A model generated the notes under the pieces. That model saw only the letters and a program-made list of their open reading frames with translations, was not told the DNA's origin and did not search any database. Shown here one piece after another: positions 42,238 through 51,907 of a DNA stretch of 64,000 bases (position 1 is the stretch's first letter; each line of letters starts with the position of its first letter). The position numbers and the translations under genes were made by a program. Origin of the DNA: a virus; the IMG/VR virus record IMGVR_UViG_3300033148_006964, positions 116,927 to 180,926 of that record; one strand, written 5' to 3'.

Positions 42238-42266
42238 GTTATTCCATGATTGGTATGATTATAACA
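42238..42266 (-). promoter_or_regulatory. Repeated phage promoter/operator motif
   Basis: TGTTAT-N14-TGG-AATAAC. Confidence 0.7.
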
Positions 42267-42314
42267 AGAATATACGATAGATAAAAAAAATAGATATTTT
42301 TTTGTTAAAATAAA

Positions 42315-42386
42315 AGTGGTGAGAGAGGTTAATCAAGTCTCTTTTAACCATAAGCTCTATTAGCTTAGGTCCTAGAACTCACCACT
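42315..42386 (-). terminator. Branched hairpin, probable terminator
   Basis: AGTGGTGAG/CTCACCACT stem followed by a T-rich run on minus. Confidence 0.5.
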
Positions 42387-42411
42387 AAAATATTGTTAAA
42401 GGTTAATTTTT

Positions 42412-43008
42412 TTAAATTTCCATATCATCAATTAGTCTTGATAGCTCATCAGGATCAGGAATAGTATCTCTGAAAGTTTCCAGGTCCTCGGGGTTGTGAC
42501 CTAAATCTCTCCAGATATCAGCTCCCAAACTTAATCTTTTTTCGGCAGACTTTAGTTGTCCAGGAACGATAGACATATAATTAATTGCATCGCCCTCATT
42601 CATGCCTTCTCGAATTATAAAATGGGTACTTGGAGAACATAGAATATGTTTATGTTCATTTGGTTCAATTCCATTAAATGATTCCTTTAGAGCATATAAT
42701 GGCGCAGGAGTTGCTTTTCTTTCACGGTCAGTTGTAATAATGTTTTGGCTATAGAAGTCATTTCTTTCTCTTCTATTTCCAATGTTAGTCATTCTGACCA
42801 GATTTCTTATAACCATTTTATTGTATGTTCTTTCTACAAGAAAAAACAAAGCAAACCCACCGTCGAAATTAGATAGTAGTTCCATATGCTGTTGGCTGGT
42901 ACGTCTTGGGAACCGTCTTACATTGCCTGCAAATTTGTTCATGACATTAGGACGTATTAAATTCCTATAATCATATAATAATCGTATATCTGAAGCTGAT
43001 GTGTTCAT
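42412..43008 (-). CDS. Hypothetical protein
   Basis: MNTSASD start overlaps the upstream stop (ATGA), suggesting translational coupling. Confidence 0.6.
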   Translation of the reverse strand: MNTSASDIRLLYDYRNLIRPNVMNKFAGNVRRFPRRTSQQHMELLSNFDGGFALFFLVERTYNKMVIRNLVRMTNIGNRRERNDFYSQNIITTDRERKATPAPLYALKESFNGIEPNEHKHILCSPSTHFIIREGMNEGDAINYMSIVPGQLKSAEKRLSLGADIWRDLGHNPEDLETFRDTIPDPDELSRLIDDMEI

Positions 43009-44579
43009 GAAATTTCCTCCATTATTGGTTTGATGGAATAACTTTTTACACCACGAGGAAGCCGTGTAAAAATATCCCAACCTTTTTGTTTAAAGTATTT
43101 AAGATTGTCTATAAAGATGTTTTTAAATATAGACATTGATATATCCGCATTAGTCTCTTTTACAAAAGACATATACCATCGAGTCAGATTACCGTGGATT
43201 TCATTAGGGCCAGCTTTGTATCCCAAATAATTAGTACTTGACAACTTAATAGGAACGCTGTTTTTATATAAACTTTTAGCTTCATGTTCAATGAAATTAA
43301 TCATTTGAGAATCATATTTATGTTCTTTTCCTTTCTTTGGGTTAACACTAAGATCATCAATTCTTTTGTTAAGTCTGGCAATCTCTTTCTTTTGCACATT
43401 ATCTCTATCTACAAGTTTATCGAAATTTGCCTTAGCTACTTTTGCAAACTTATCAAATGTTGTAGAGAGCTTTTTATACTTCTTTTGAGATTCTAGAGAT
43501 TCTAGATATAGATCAAAAAGCTTTTGGCTTTTTTTTCTTTCTGAATCATCTTCTATGTAACCTTTAGGCATTTTTTTTGTAATATTATGGTGTATTTTTT
43601 TTAAATCATCCTCTGTTACATTGCCTCCAATCCACATATATTTACATTTTTTAATTTTTACTATATATTCAAGATCAATTAAAGCATAGAAAAATCTATA
43701 ATTATTTTTTGGGATTGGCAAAGAATAGATATTGTTATCATTGAAAAGGTTTTTTATTTTTTTTATTATTTTCTCAAATTCATCAGTTGATATCTTATGG
43801 CCACAGCAGACTTTACATGATCCATACCTTTTCCAAGAATACGCTTGTATTGGATATTCTCTTCCACAATCGCATTTAACTAGGAAATATCTTGCGGCGG
43901 TTTCTTTAGAATACCTTTCTTTGGCTTCTTCTTTGGAAAGATCCTTGATATAGGTGAGTTTTTTGTATCTTTCTCCAATGTTGGGTATTATTATAGGGCT
44001 TCTTGGTGAAAGTGGACAATCTATAGAACATCCAAATCTTTTCTTATTTAAATTGGCTATTAATTTTATTGATGTTTTCCCACAGTCACATTTAACTTCA
44101 GCCATTGTCCTTTCTTTGTTTGCGGTATTTGCGTGAAGCATTTTAGTGATAACTAAAGGACCAATTCGTACTCCTACTTTATATTTAGATTTAATGCTAC
44201 ATGTTTTGCTACAACATTCATCCTTTTTAACAGTAGTAGTTAATTTTTTTACAATTTTACCACAACGACACTTTACTTTAAATTGTCTAACGATAGCTCC
44301 AGATTTAAATATTTTTGGTTCAATTTCTCCTATCATAGTAAAATTACCAAATACTTGGCCTTTTTTATATATGGTCTTTTTTTTGAGGCTGCACTGTTTA
44401 CCACAATATTCATGGGTCTTAATATTGTGAGGTGATTTTTTTACAATTTTACCGCAACGACATTTTATTTTAAATTGTCTAACATTGGACCAAAGTTTAG
44501 ATATTTTTAGTTCAACTTCTTCTATTATGGTAAAATTACCAAACACTTGGCCCTTTTTATATATAATTCTTTTACTCAT
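43005..44579 (-). CDS. Protein with four tandem CxCG-containing repeats (HNH-associated type), no nuclease domain evident
   Basis: KKGQVFGNFT.I..E...RQFK.KCRCGK.VKK twice, plus two diverged KCDCG units; AAGGAG RBS at 44579. Confidence 0.65.
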   Translation of the reverse strand: MSKRIIYKKGQVFGNFTIIEEVELKISKLWSNVRQFKIKCRCGKIVKKSPHNIKTHEYCGKQCSLKKKTIYKKGQVFGNFTMIGEIEPKIFKSGAIVRQFKVKCRCGKIVKKLTTTVKKDECCSKTCSIKSKYKVGVRIGPLVITKMLHANTANKERTMAEVKCDCGKTSIKLIANLNKKRFGCSIDCPLSPRSPIIIPNIGERYKKLTYIKDLSKEEAKERYSKETAARYFLVKCDCGREYPIQAYSWKRYGSCKVCCGHKISTDEFEKIIKKIKNLFNDNNIYSLPIPKNNYRFFYALIDLEYIVKIKKCKYMWIGGNVTEDDLKKIHHNITKKMPKGYIEDDSERKKSQKLFDLYLESLESQKKYKKLSTTFDKFAKVAKANFDKLVDRDNVQKKEIARLNKRIDDLSVNPKKGKEHKYDSQMINFIEHEAKSLYKNSVPIKLSSTNYLGYKAGPNEIHGNLTRWYMSFVKETNADISMSIFKNIFIDNLKYFKQKGWDIFTRLPRGVKSYSIKPIMEEIS

Positions 44580-44625
44580 ATTATACTCCTTATTTAAATA
44601 TTTAAGATTTATAATCCTCATAATA

Positions 44626-44654
44626 GTTATGCCAGATTGTGGGTAATAATAACA
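44626..44654 (-). promoter_or_regulatory. Repeated phage promoter/operator motif
   Basis: TGTTAT-N14-TGG-CATAAC. Confidence 0.7.
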
Positions 44655-44704
44655 CTTCTTAATAGCTAAAAAAACGTAATACATTATACATATTGATATT
44701 TAAG

Positions 44705-44733
44705 TTGCTTAATGCTATATTATGTATTATAAC
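44705..44733 (+). promoter_or_regulatory. Sigma70-like promoter upstream of the RNAP gene
   Basis: TTGCTT-N17-TATAAC. Confidence 0.55.
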
Positions 44734-44757
44734 CTTGATACATATTTGGGGTAATCA

Positions 44758-47700
44758 ATGCCAATTAAGAGTGATCAAAAGATATTAAGACAATTAGAAA
44801 AGATGGAAACATCTGCACGAAATAATGTGTTGATGAATACAACAGTAGCTGATACTGTGAGTAAAATCCTTAATTCTGTTGAAGATGATGACATAAAACT
44901 TAATGTTAATAAGGTATGGATAGAGAAGAAACATGATAATAGAAATATCCAGGATCAGCAAGATGTAAGAAATAAAGGTCAGGTTTGGAGCAATGAACTT
45001 AGGGCAGATCTTTCTCTTGTTGATAAGGAATCAAATAAAGTTGTCGATCACATTACTAACATAAAAGTTGCCACTATTCCTAAACTCACTGATAGAAACA
45101 CCTATCTTATTAAAGGTAATGAATACCAATTTACTAAACAGTCAAGATTGAAGCCTGGAGTTTATACTAAAGAGCAAACTAATGGTGAGATCAGTTCTTT
45201 TTTTAATGTAGATAAGACTATTGATTTTGATCGTGGATTTAACAATAATTTTAAAATTAATTTTGAACCTGAACGTAAACGTTTTATCATGCAGTATGGT
45301 AGTAAAAGAGTTCCATTGATAAATGCTTTAAAAGCAGTTGGTGTTACTAAAAAAGAACTTGTAGAGAAGTGGGGCCAGGATGTTTATGACGCTAATGCTA
45401 AAGCTTTTGATAAACATGAGAATAGAGATCAGCAAAAATTATATAATGCTATATTTGGTTTTTTGCCAGGAAGTGATCTTACTGATGATCAAGTAAGGAC
45501 AGAAATTAAAGATAGACTTTTTGCTACTAAGCTCGATCCAGATACTACGAAAATAACTTTAGGCAAAGCATATAAAAATGTAGGGAAAGCTCCAATCCTT
45601 GATGCCTCTAAGAAGATCATAGATATCCATCGTGGAGATGTTGAAGGTGATGACCGAGAGTCGCTCATCTTCAAATCTTTTTATGATGTTGAAGATCATA
45701 TCAGAGAGAAGCTCGTTAAGAACAGTAATAAGATTATGTTTAATATGAAATATAAGCTTAAGAAGAATAAAGCAATAAATAAATCATTAAGCTCTCAAAG
45801 TTTTGATCCTTTTATTGTAGGAACTCTTACTAATAGCCAATTGTCCAATCCTCCCACTCAAACAAATCCTATGTCTATTATTGGAGAAACAAGTAAGATG
45901 ACAGTAATGGGAGAAGGTGGTATTGGAACTACTAATGCAATTACGAATGATGTTCGGGAAATATCTAATAGTGAAGCTGGCTTTATAGACCCGCTACATA
46001 CTCCGGAAGGAGGCTCTATTGGAGTTGCCGTTCATCATACTGCAGGTACAATTAAAGTTGGTAATGATATTTATAGTAAGTTTATAAACAAAAAAGGCGA
46101 AAAAATGTTGTTAAGGCCTGTTGATGTTTATGATAGAAATATATCATTTCCAGATCAATTTATTGAAACTGATAAAGGGTTGAAGCCTAAATCTGCTAAA
46201 GTAAAAGTTATTCGTAGAGGTAAGTTAGCTGAAATTGCTGCAAATAAAGTAGATGCTGTAATAAATAGTTCAGTTAATATGTTTGATACATCTGCTAATT
46301 CAATTCCTTTTCTTGATTCAATCCAGGGTAATAGAGGTTTAACTGCTTCTAAAATGCAGGAACAGGCTTTATCTTTAACTAATCGTGATAAACCTATGTT
46401 TAATATTGTGGATAAATCAGGTACAAGTATTGGTGAAACACTTGGAACTCTTATTGCTATTCCAAAATCTTCTATTAATGGGGAAGTAGTTGATATAACT
46501 GATAATGAAATAGTTGTTGCAGATAAAAAAGGTAAAAAGCATATTTCACAGTTATATAATAACTTTTCTCTTAATTCAGAAAGTTTTTTACATAATAGGC
46601 CAATAGTAAAAATTGGCGATTCTGTTAAGAAAGATCAAATTCTTGCTGATAATAATTATACAAGAGATGGTCAAATGTCATTAGGCGCTAATCTTCGAGT
46701 TGCTTATTTGCCATATAAAGGTTATAACTTTGAGGATTCAGCGATTATGTCAGAGAGTGGTGCTAAGAAACTTACTTCACAACATATATATGATCATAAA
46801 GCCAAAAGATCTGCTAATGGTGTTTTTTCGAAATCGAAATATAAAGCTTACTATCCTGAAGAGTTGAACGCTAAACAGGCAGCAAAATTAGATAAAGAAG
46901 GTGTAGCTAAGATTGGTCAGGTTTTAGAACGTGACGATACAGTTGTAGCTTATATGGAACAAAAAGCTCCTACGGCTGATGATTTGGCCGTTGGACGGTT
47001 AGATAAACAGTTACGTAGAGATATGGCTAATGATGCTATAAAGTGGGATAACGATGTCCCAGGGGTGGTTACAGGAGTTAAGAAACATGGTAATAGTGTT
47101 ATAGTTAGTGTAAAAGCAGAAGAGCCACTTAAGGTTGCGGATAAGATATCCGGGTTACATGGTAATAAACATATTATTTCTAAGATAATTCCAGATGAAG
47201 AAATGCCTTTTAATCCTGTTACTGGGAAATATATTGATCTTACAATGAGTCCTATTGGAGTATCAAATAGAATAAATACTTCGCAGTTACTTGAGAATGC
47301 TGCGGGTAAAATAGCTGAAAAAACAGGTGAACAGTTTAAAATACATAATTTTTCAGGTAAAGATAATACTGCTTATATTTTGAATGAATTAAAAAAAGTC
47401 GGGTTATCTGATAAAGATATACTTGTAGATCCGGAAACTAGAAAACCATTTATTAATCCTGTTGCTAATGGTATTTCTCATATACTTAAACTTGAACATA
47501 AAGTTGATCATAAGTATTCTGCCAGGTATCGAGATGGGTATGATTCTAATGAACAGGCTGCTACTGGTGGTAAAACGGGTGGTAAGAATATTGGACGTAT
47601 GGAGATGGCTGCTTTACTTGCTCGTGGTGCCAATGAAAATCTTAGAGAGATGTTTAATATTAAAGGACAAGAGAATACTGAGTATTGGAAAGCTATGGAG

Positions 47701-50700
47701 ACAGGGCAGTCTTTACCACCTCCAAAAAAGGCTTTTGTCTGGGATAAGATGTTATCGATGATGGCTGGTGCTGGTATAGATGTAGAACAAAAAGGTAAAA
47801 CATTTACATTAAAACCTATGACTGACGATGAAATCGTAAAAAAGTCAGCTGGGGAATTAAAGAGGCCGCATGAGACTTATCGTAAAAAAGATCTTATGCC
47901 TATGAGAGAAGGATTATTTGATCCGATTAAAGCTGGCGGTATGTATGGTGAGCACTATACTCACTTTAAACTTCCAGAGAAGATACTTAATCCTATTACT
48001 GCTTCGGCTACAGGTGTTCTTATTGATAAGACATCTACAGAACTTGATAATATTATTAATGGTAGATCATTTATTAATAAGACAACAGGTAAGACTGTAG
48101 AGCCTGGATCTCTTAATGCTATTTCTGGTGGACCTGCTATTGAGAACTTATTAAGTAGGGTTAGTGTTGATGAGGATTTGAAGCAAGCAAAGATGATAGC
48201 TGAGAATTCTAATAACTCAACTGTAATAGAAAAGATGCGTCGAAAGATAAAATATTTAAGGTCATTTAAAGAAAAAGGTATGAAGCCTACTGATTATATG
48301 ATAGAGAATGTTTTAGTTACTCCATCTAAATATAGGCCTATGTTTACTATGGGGACGGAAAAGACTGTTATCATGTCAGATATTAATGAGCTTTATCAAC
48401 AAACAGCTCATAGTGCGCAGGCTTTTAGGGCGGCTAAAAAAGATCTTGATGAGAATGTTAAGAATGAAGATATTAAAAATCTTACACTTGCTGAGATAAG
48501 AGGACAGATATATCAGGATGCAAAAGCAGTTGCAGGATTACAAGAACCTACTTCTTATCTTCATCGAGTAAAAAATAAAAAAGGTTATATAACTCAAATA
48601 GATGGCGGTCAAAAGAAACAAACTAAAGAAGGTTTTTTTCAGGATAAAGTCATGGAGCGTAGGCAGGATCTTGTTGGTAGATCTACTATTATACTTAATC
48701 CTGATCTTGGTGGAGATAATATAGGTATTCCTAAAACTATGGCTACTGAAATATTTAGACCTTTTATAATGAGTAAACTTGTAAGTTGGGGTTATCCTCC
48801 ATTAGAAGCACAGAAGCAAATAAAAGATAAGACTAAAGTGTTTGAAAGAGCTCGTCAGGTAGTTACTGATGATAGATTAGTTATTGCAAATAGAGCGCCT
48901 ACACTTCATAGATGGAACATGACTGCATTTAAGCCTAAGCTTACAGATGGTAAGTCTGTAGAGGTCCCGGCGGTTGTAGTTACTAAGAACTTTTCAGGAG
49001 ATTATGATGGAGACGCTTTCACCATTCATACTCCAGTAAGTCAAGCTGCACTTAAAGAAGCAGAGAAGATGAAACCTTCTGCCAGTATGCTTAAGACCGG
49101 TTATGATACAGTTCTTAATGCTCCTTCTATGGATGCTATTGTAGGTTCATGGCTTGTTTCTAAAGGTATGGGTGGCAATACTATTTCTAAGAAATTTAAG
49201 AATGTTGATGAAGCTAAATATGCATTTGATAACCATAATATTAAGTATAGTGATATGGTTACTATAAATAGTCGCAAAGCTCCTTTTGGTATGCATGCTA
49301 TAAATTCAGTAGTTCCTGAAGATTCTAAGCGTTGGGATGTTGAGCTTGATAAAGATAATGTTGATGATTGGATTCATGATGTAACTAAGAAACATAATGG
49401 TAAACTTGCACTTAATCTTGCTGATAAAGTTAAAGAAATAGGTAATAATTATTCAACAACATTTGGATTTACTCTTGGTGTATCTGATACAGTTGTGGAT
49501 AAAGATATTCGTGATAAAGCCATAAGTCAGGCTAAGAAAAAATCAAAAAGTGGATCTCCTGATTCTATTATTAAAGCTTATTATAATGAACGTGAAAGTG
49601 CACAAAAGGCTCTTGAAAAGAAACATGGTATTAAAACAATGCTTGGTATCGGTATAAAATCAGGTGGAAGTAAAGGCATTGGAAATACAGCTGCCATTAC
49701 ACTTATGCCAGGTATAGTTACAGATGCAAGTGATAGACCTATTCCAATACCAATAACTAAGTCTTATTCAGAAGGTCTTGATACTTTCGGTTACTGGACG
49801 GCTGCTCAAGGTGCTCGTGGTGGAAATATTAAGAAATCAGTTTCTTCTTTTAAACCTGGATGGTTAACTAAAGATCTTATGAATTCTATTTATGATACGA
49901 AGATCTATACAGACGATCCTACGGATACAGAAGGTCTTGAACAGGATATTTCTAATCGGAAAGCTATAACTAATCGTTATCTAGCTCAAGATGTTAAAAA
50001 TACTAAAGGTAAGATAATAGCTAAAAGAAATGATTTAATTGATAGTGATGTAGTTAATAAATTAAATCAACGGGGTATAAAGAAAGTATTTGTACAATCG
50101 CCGATCACTGACCCAACGCCAGGTGATGGGTTTTCAGGATACTCATATGGATTGGATTATGATGGTAAACGTCCGCAACGTGGAGATAATATAGGTGTTA
50201 TATCTGCACATACAATCACAGAACCTTCTCTTAATTTAGCTATGAAGGCTTTTCATACTGGTGGTGCTATGGAAGCTGGGGAAAAGGGTAAAGGGACTTT
50301 ATTTGATAGGTTATGGGATACAGTTCATTTTACTAAGAACGTTCCAGATAAAGCTACAATGTCCAGTATGAATGGTGTTGTATCAAATGTTAATAAATCT
50401 TCTGTTGGTGGGTGGGATGTTGTATTATCAGATGGTAAAAATGAAGAAGTACGATATATTGATCCACGTAATAAACTTATAGTAAATCAGGGCCAATCTA
50501 TTAAAGCTGGTGACATGTTATCAACAGGAACGCCAAGTGTTCATGATGTTTTAAAGTATAAAGGTATGAGACAAGCTCAGAAGTTTCTTGTTGGCGAAAT
50601 AGATAAGATCAATGATGGTAAACTTGATTCAAGGGATATAGAAACAATAGTACGTGGTATATCTAATACGACCAGGGTAACAGATCCTGGTTCAAGTACT

Positions 50701-51102
50701 TATGTTAAAGGTGATGTTGCTCCTCTTACTACTATAGATTATTACAATAAGAATAATCTTAAAGAAGAGGATGTTTCAGATACTGAAGGGGATCATTTAG
50801 CTCAGGGATACGATAAGTATAATTCGGGGATAAAGATAACTAAGAATATGATGAATGATTTTGCCAAGCAGGGTTTAAAGAGGATAAAGGTTCGCAAAGA
50901 TAAGATTAAACATGATCCTTTCCTCACCCCTGCAGGCATAGCGGCTAAAGCGGCATCCAGTGAAGATTGGATAGCACGTTTAGCTCATAATAGAGTAAGG
51001 AAGGTATTACAAGAAGGGACGACTCAGGGTTGGAAGAGTACATTAGATCCAATTAAGGGACATCCTATTTCAAACTATGTGGCAGGAGGCTACTCGTGGT
51101 AG
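44758..51102 (+). CDS. Single-chain two-barrel DNA-directed RNA polymerase (beta-beta' fusion)
   Basis: beta motifs: TPEGGSIG, NRGLTASKMQEQA, GYNFEDS, DKISGLHGNK, GGKNIGRMEM. beta' motifs: EGLFDP, PSKYRP, GRSTI, NRAPTLHR, catalytic GDYDGD, TEPSLNLAMKAFHTGG. Confidence 0.95.
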   Translation: MPIKSDQKILRQLEKMETSARNNVLMNTTVADTVSKILNSVEDDDIKLNVNKVWIEKKHDNRNIQDQQDVRNKGQVWSNELRADLSLVDKESNKVVDHITNIKVATIPKLTDRNTYLIKGNEYQFTKQSRLKPGVYTKEQTNGEISSFFNVDKTIDFDRGFNNNFKINFEPERKRFIMQYGSKRVPLINALKAVGVTKKELVEKWGQDVYDANAKAFDKHENRDQQKLYNAIFGFLPGSDLTDDQVRTEIKDRLFATKLDPDTTKITLGKAYKNVGKAPILDASKKIIDIHRGDVEGDDRESLIFKSFYDVEDHIREKLVKNSNKIMFNMKYKLKKNKAINKSLSSQSFDPFIVGTLTNSQLSNPPTQTNPMSIIGETSKMTVMGEGGIGTTNAITNDVREISNSEAGFIDPLHTPEGGSIGVAVHHTAGTIKVGNDIYSKFINKKGEKMLLRPVDVYDRNISFPDQFIETDKGLKPKSAKVKVIRRGKLAEIAANKVDAVINSSVNMFDTSANSIPFLDSIQGNRGLTASKMQEQALSLTNRDKPMFNIVDKSGTSIGETLGTLIAIPKSSINGEVVDITDNEIVVADKKGKKHISQLYNNFSLNSESFLHNRPIVKIGDSVKKDQILADNNYTRDGQMSLGANLRVAYLPYKGYNFEDSAIMSESGAKKLTSQHIYDHKAKRSANGVFSKSKYKAYYPEELNAKQAAKLDKEGVAKIGQVLERDDTVVAYMEQKAPTADDLAVGRLDKQLRRDMANDAIKWDNDVPGVVTGVKKHGNSVIVSVKAEEPLKVADKISGLHGNKHIISKIIPDEEMPFNPVTGKYIDLTMSPIGVSNRINTSQLLENAAGKIAEKTGEQFKIHNFSGKDNTAYILNELKKVGLSDKDILVDPETRKPFINPVANGISHILKLEHKVDHKYSARYRDGYDSNEQAATGGKTGGKNIGRMEMAALLARGANENLREMFNIKGQENTEYWKAMETGQSLPPPKKAFVWDKMLSMMAGAGIDVEQKGKTFTLKPMTDDEIVKKSAGELKRPHETYRKKDLMPMREGLFDPIKAGGMYGEHYTHFKLPEKILNPITASATGVLIDKTSTELDNIINGRSFINKTTGKTVEPGSLNAISGGPAIENLLSRVSVDEDLKQAKMIAENSNNSTVIEKMRRKIKYLRSFKEKGMKPTDYMIENVLVTPSKYRPMFTMGTEKTVIMSDINELYQQTAHSAQAFRAAKKDLDENVKNEDIKNLTLAEIRGQIYQDAKAVAGLQEPTSYLHRVKNKKGYITQIDGGQKKQTKEGFFQDKVMERRQDLVGRSTIILNPDLGGDNIGIPKTMATEIFRPFIMSKLVSWGYPPLEAQKQIKDKTKVFERARQVVTDDRLVIANRAPTLHRWNMTAFKPKLTDGKSVEVPAVVVTKNFSGDYDGDAFTIHTPVSQAALKEAEKMKPSASMLKTGYDTVLNAPSMDAIVGSWLVSKGMGGNTISKKFKNVDEAKYAFDNHNIKYSDMVTINSRKAPFGMHAINSVVPEDSKRWDVELDKDNVDDWIHDVTKKHNGKLALNLADKVKEIGNNYSTTFGFTLGVSDTVVDKDIRDKAISQAKKKSKSGSPDSIIKAYYNERESAQKALEKKHGIKTMLGIGIKSGGSKGIGNTAAITLMPGIVTDASDRPIPIPITKSYSEGLDTFGYWTAAQGARGGNIKKSVSSFKPGWLTKDLMNSIYDTKIYTDDPTDTEGLEQDISNRKAITNRYLAQDVKNTKGKIIAKRNDLIDSDVVNKLNQRGIKKVFVQSPITDPTPGDGFSGYSYGLDYDGKRPQRGDNIGVISAHTITEPSLNLAMKAFHTGGAMEAGEKGKGTLFDRLWDTVHFTKNVPDKATMSSMNGVVSNVNKSSVGGWDVVLSDGKNEEVRYIDPRNKLIVNQGQSIKAGDMLSTGTPSVHDVLKYKGMRQAQKFLVGEIDKINDGKLDSRDIETIVRGISNTTRVTDPGSSTYVKGDVAPLTTIDYYNKNNLKEEDVSDTEGDHLAQGYDKYNSGIKITKNMMNDFAKQGLKRIKVRKDKIKHDPFLTPAGIAAKAASSEDWIARLAHNRVRKVLQEGTTQGWKSTLDPIKGHPISNYVAGGYSW

Positions 51103-51335
51103 ATAAACAAACTATATTAGAACAGATATATAAAGATTCATTTAATGATGAATTAGAGAAGATGTCTGGTATAGGTGAAATGATCGGTGCAGTTAAAGCA
51201 GCAAAAACAACTATACAGGGTAATAGACAAAATAAAAGAGTAATAAGGCAACAACGAAGACACGATCGTAATATTGGTAAAGGTAATAGCTCTGCTCGTT
51301 GGAAAGGGTTTGCATTACCTGGTACTGGAAATTAA
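51096..51335 (+). CDS. Small basic protein with the shared leader motif
   Basis: DKQTILEQIYKDSFNDELEKMSG. Confidence 0.7.
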   Translation: MVDKQTILEQIYKDSFNDELEKMSGIGEMIGAVKAAKTTIQGNRQNKRVIRQQRRHDRNIGKGNSSARWKGFALPGTGN

Positions 51336-51347
51336 TAAAGGAATATA

Positions 51348-51884
51348 ATGATTAAATTAAATGCAGAATTATTAGAAAAGATTGCCCTTAATATTGATAT
51401 AGATATTGGGGATATAGTTCTTGGTGGTAGGTTTAAAAATAAACGTATGGAAGTTAAAAAGTTTGGTACGGATGATCTTGGTCAACCCACTATAAACGGA
51501 CGTAAACTACTTACTGTAAGAATAGAAAAGAAACTTCCTATTAATAAACAAAGTTCAAAAACTAGAGAGGAAAAAGATATGAATAAAGAATCAATGTTAA
51601 ATCAGATTTATGAGAATTCATTTAACGATGAAGTTCAGAAGATGGCCGGAATTAGAACAGAGTTTTTGGGTAATGCCGGTATTGGTGCTCCATTTGGTGC
51701 GCTTGCTGCCGCAATGACGCCTACAAAAACAGACGAGCAAATGAAAAAGCAAGAGAAAAAAACATGGTCTAATATGCTTTTGCCTGGTGTTGGGACCTAT
51801 AGAACGTTTAAGCGTATGGGCCATTCAAGAAAAAAGATCAAAGAATTAATTGAAAAAGATGATGCTAAAGCTAAAGCTAAATAG
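51348..51884 (+). CDS. Probable virion protein with an internal leader motif and possible second start at 51579
   Basis: GDIVLGGRFKNK..V...D..GQP.ING domain, then MNKESMLNQIYENSFNDEVQKMAG preceded by a GAGG RBS. Confidence 0.65.
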   Translation: MIKLNAELLEKIALNIDIDIGDIVLGGRFKNKRMEVKKFGTDDLGQPTINGRKLLTVRIEKKLPINKQSSKTREEKDMNKESMLNQIYENSFNDEVQKMAGIRTEFLGNAGIGAPFGALAAAMTPTKTDEQMKKQEKKTWSNMLLPGVGTYRTFKRMGHSRKKIKELIEKDDAKAKAK

Positions 51885-51907
51885 TTTTTAATTTAAAGGG
51901 AGCAAAT

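Noticed and set aside
44758-51102. Intein or intron in the RNAP
   Set aside because: No LAGLIDADG or intein terminal motifs; the conserved blocks are contiguous and shorter than cellular ones.
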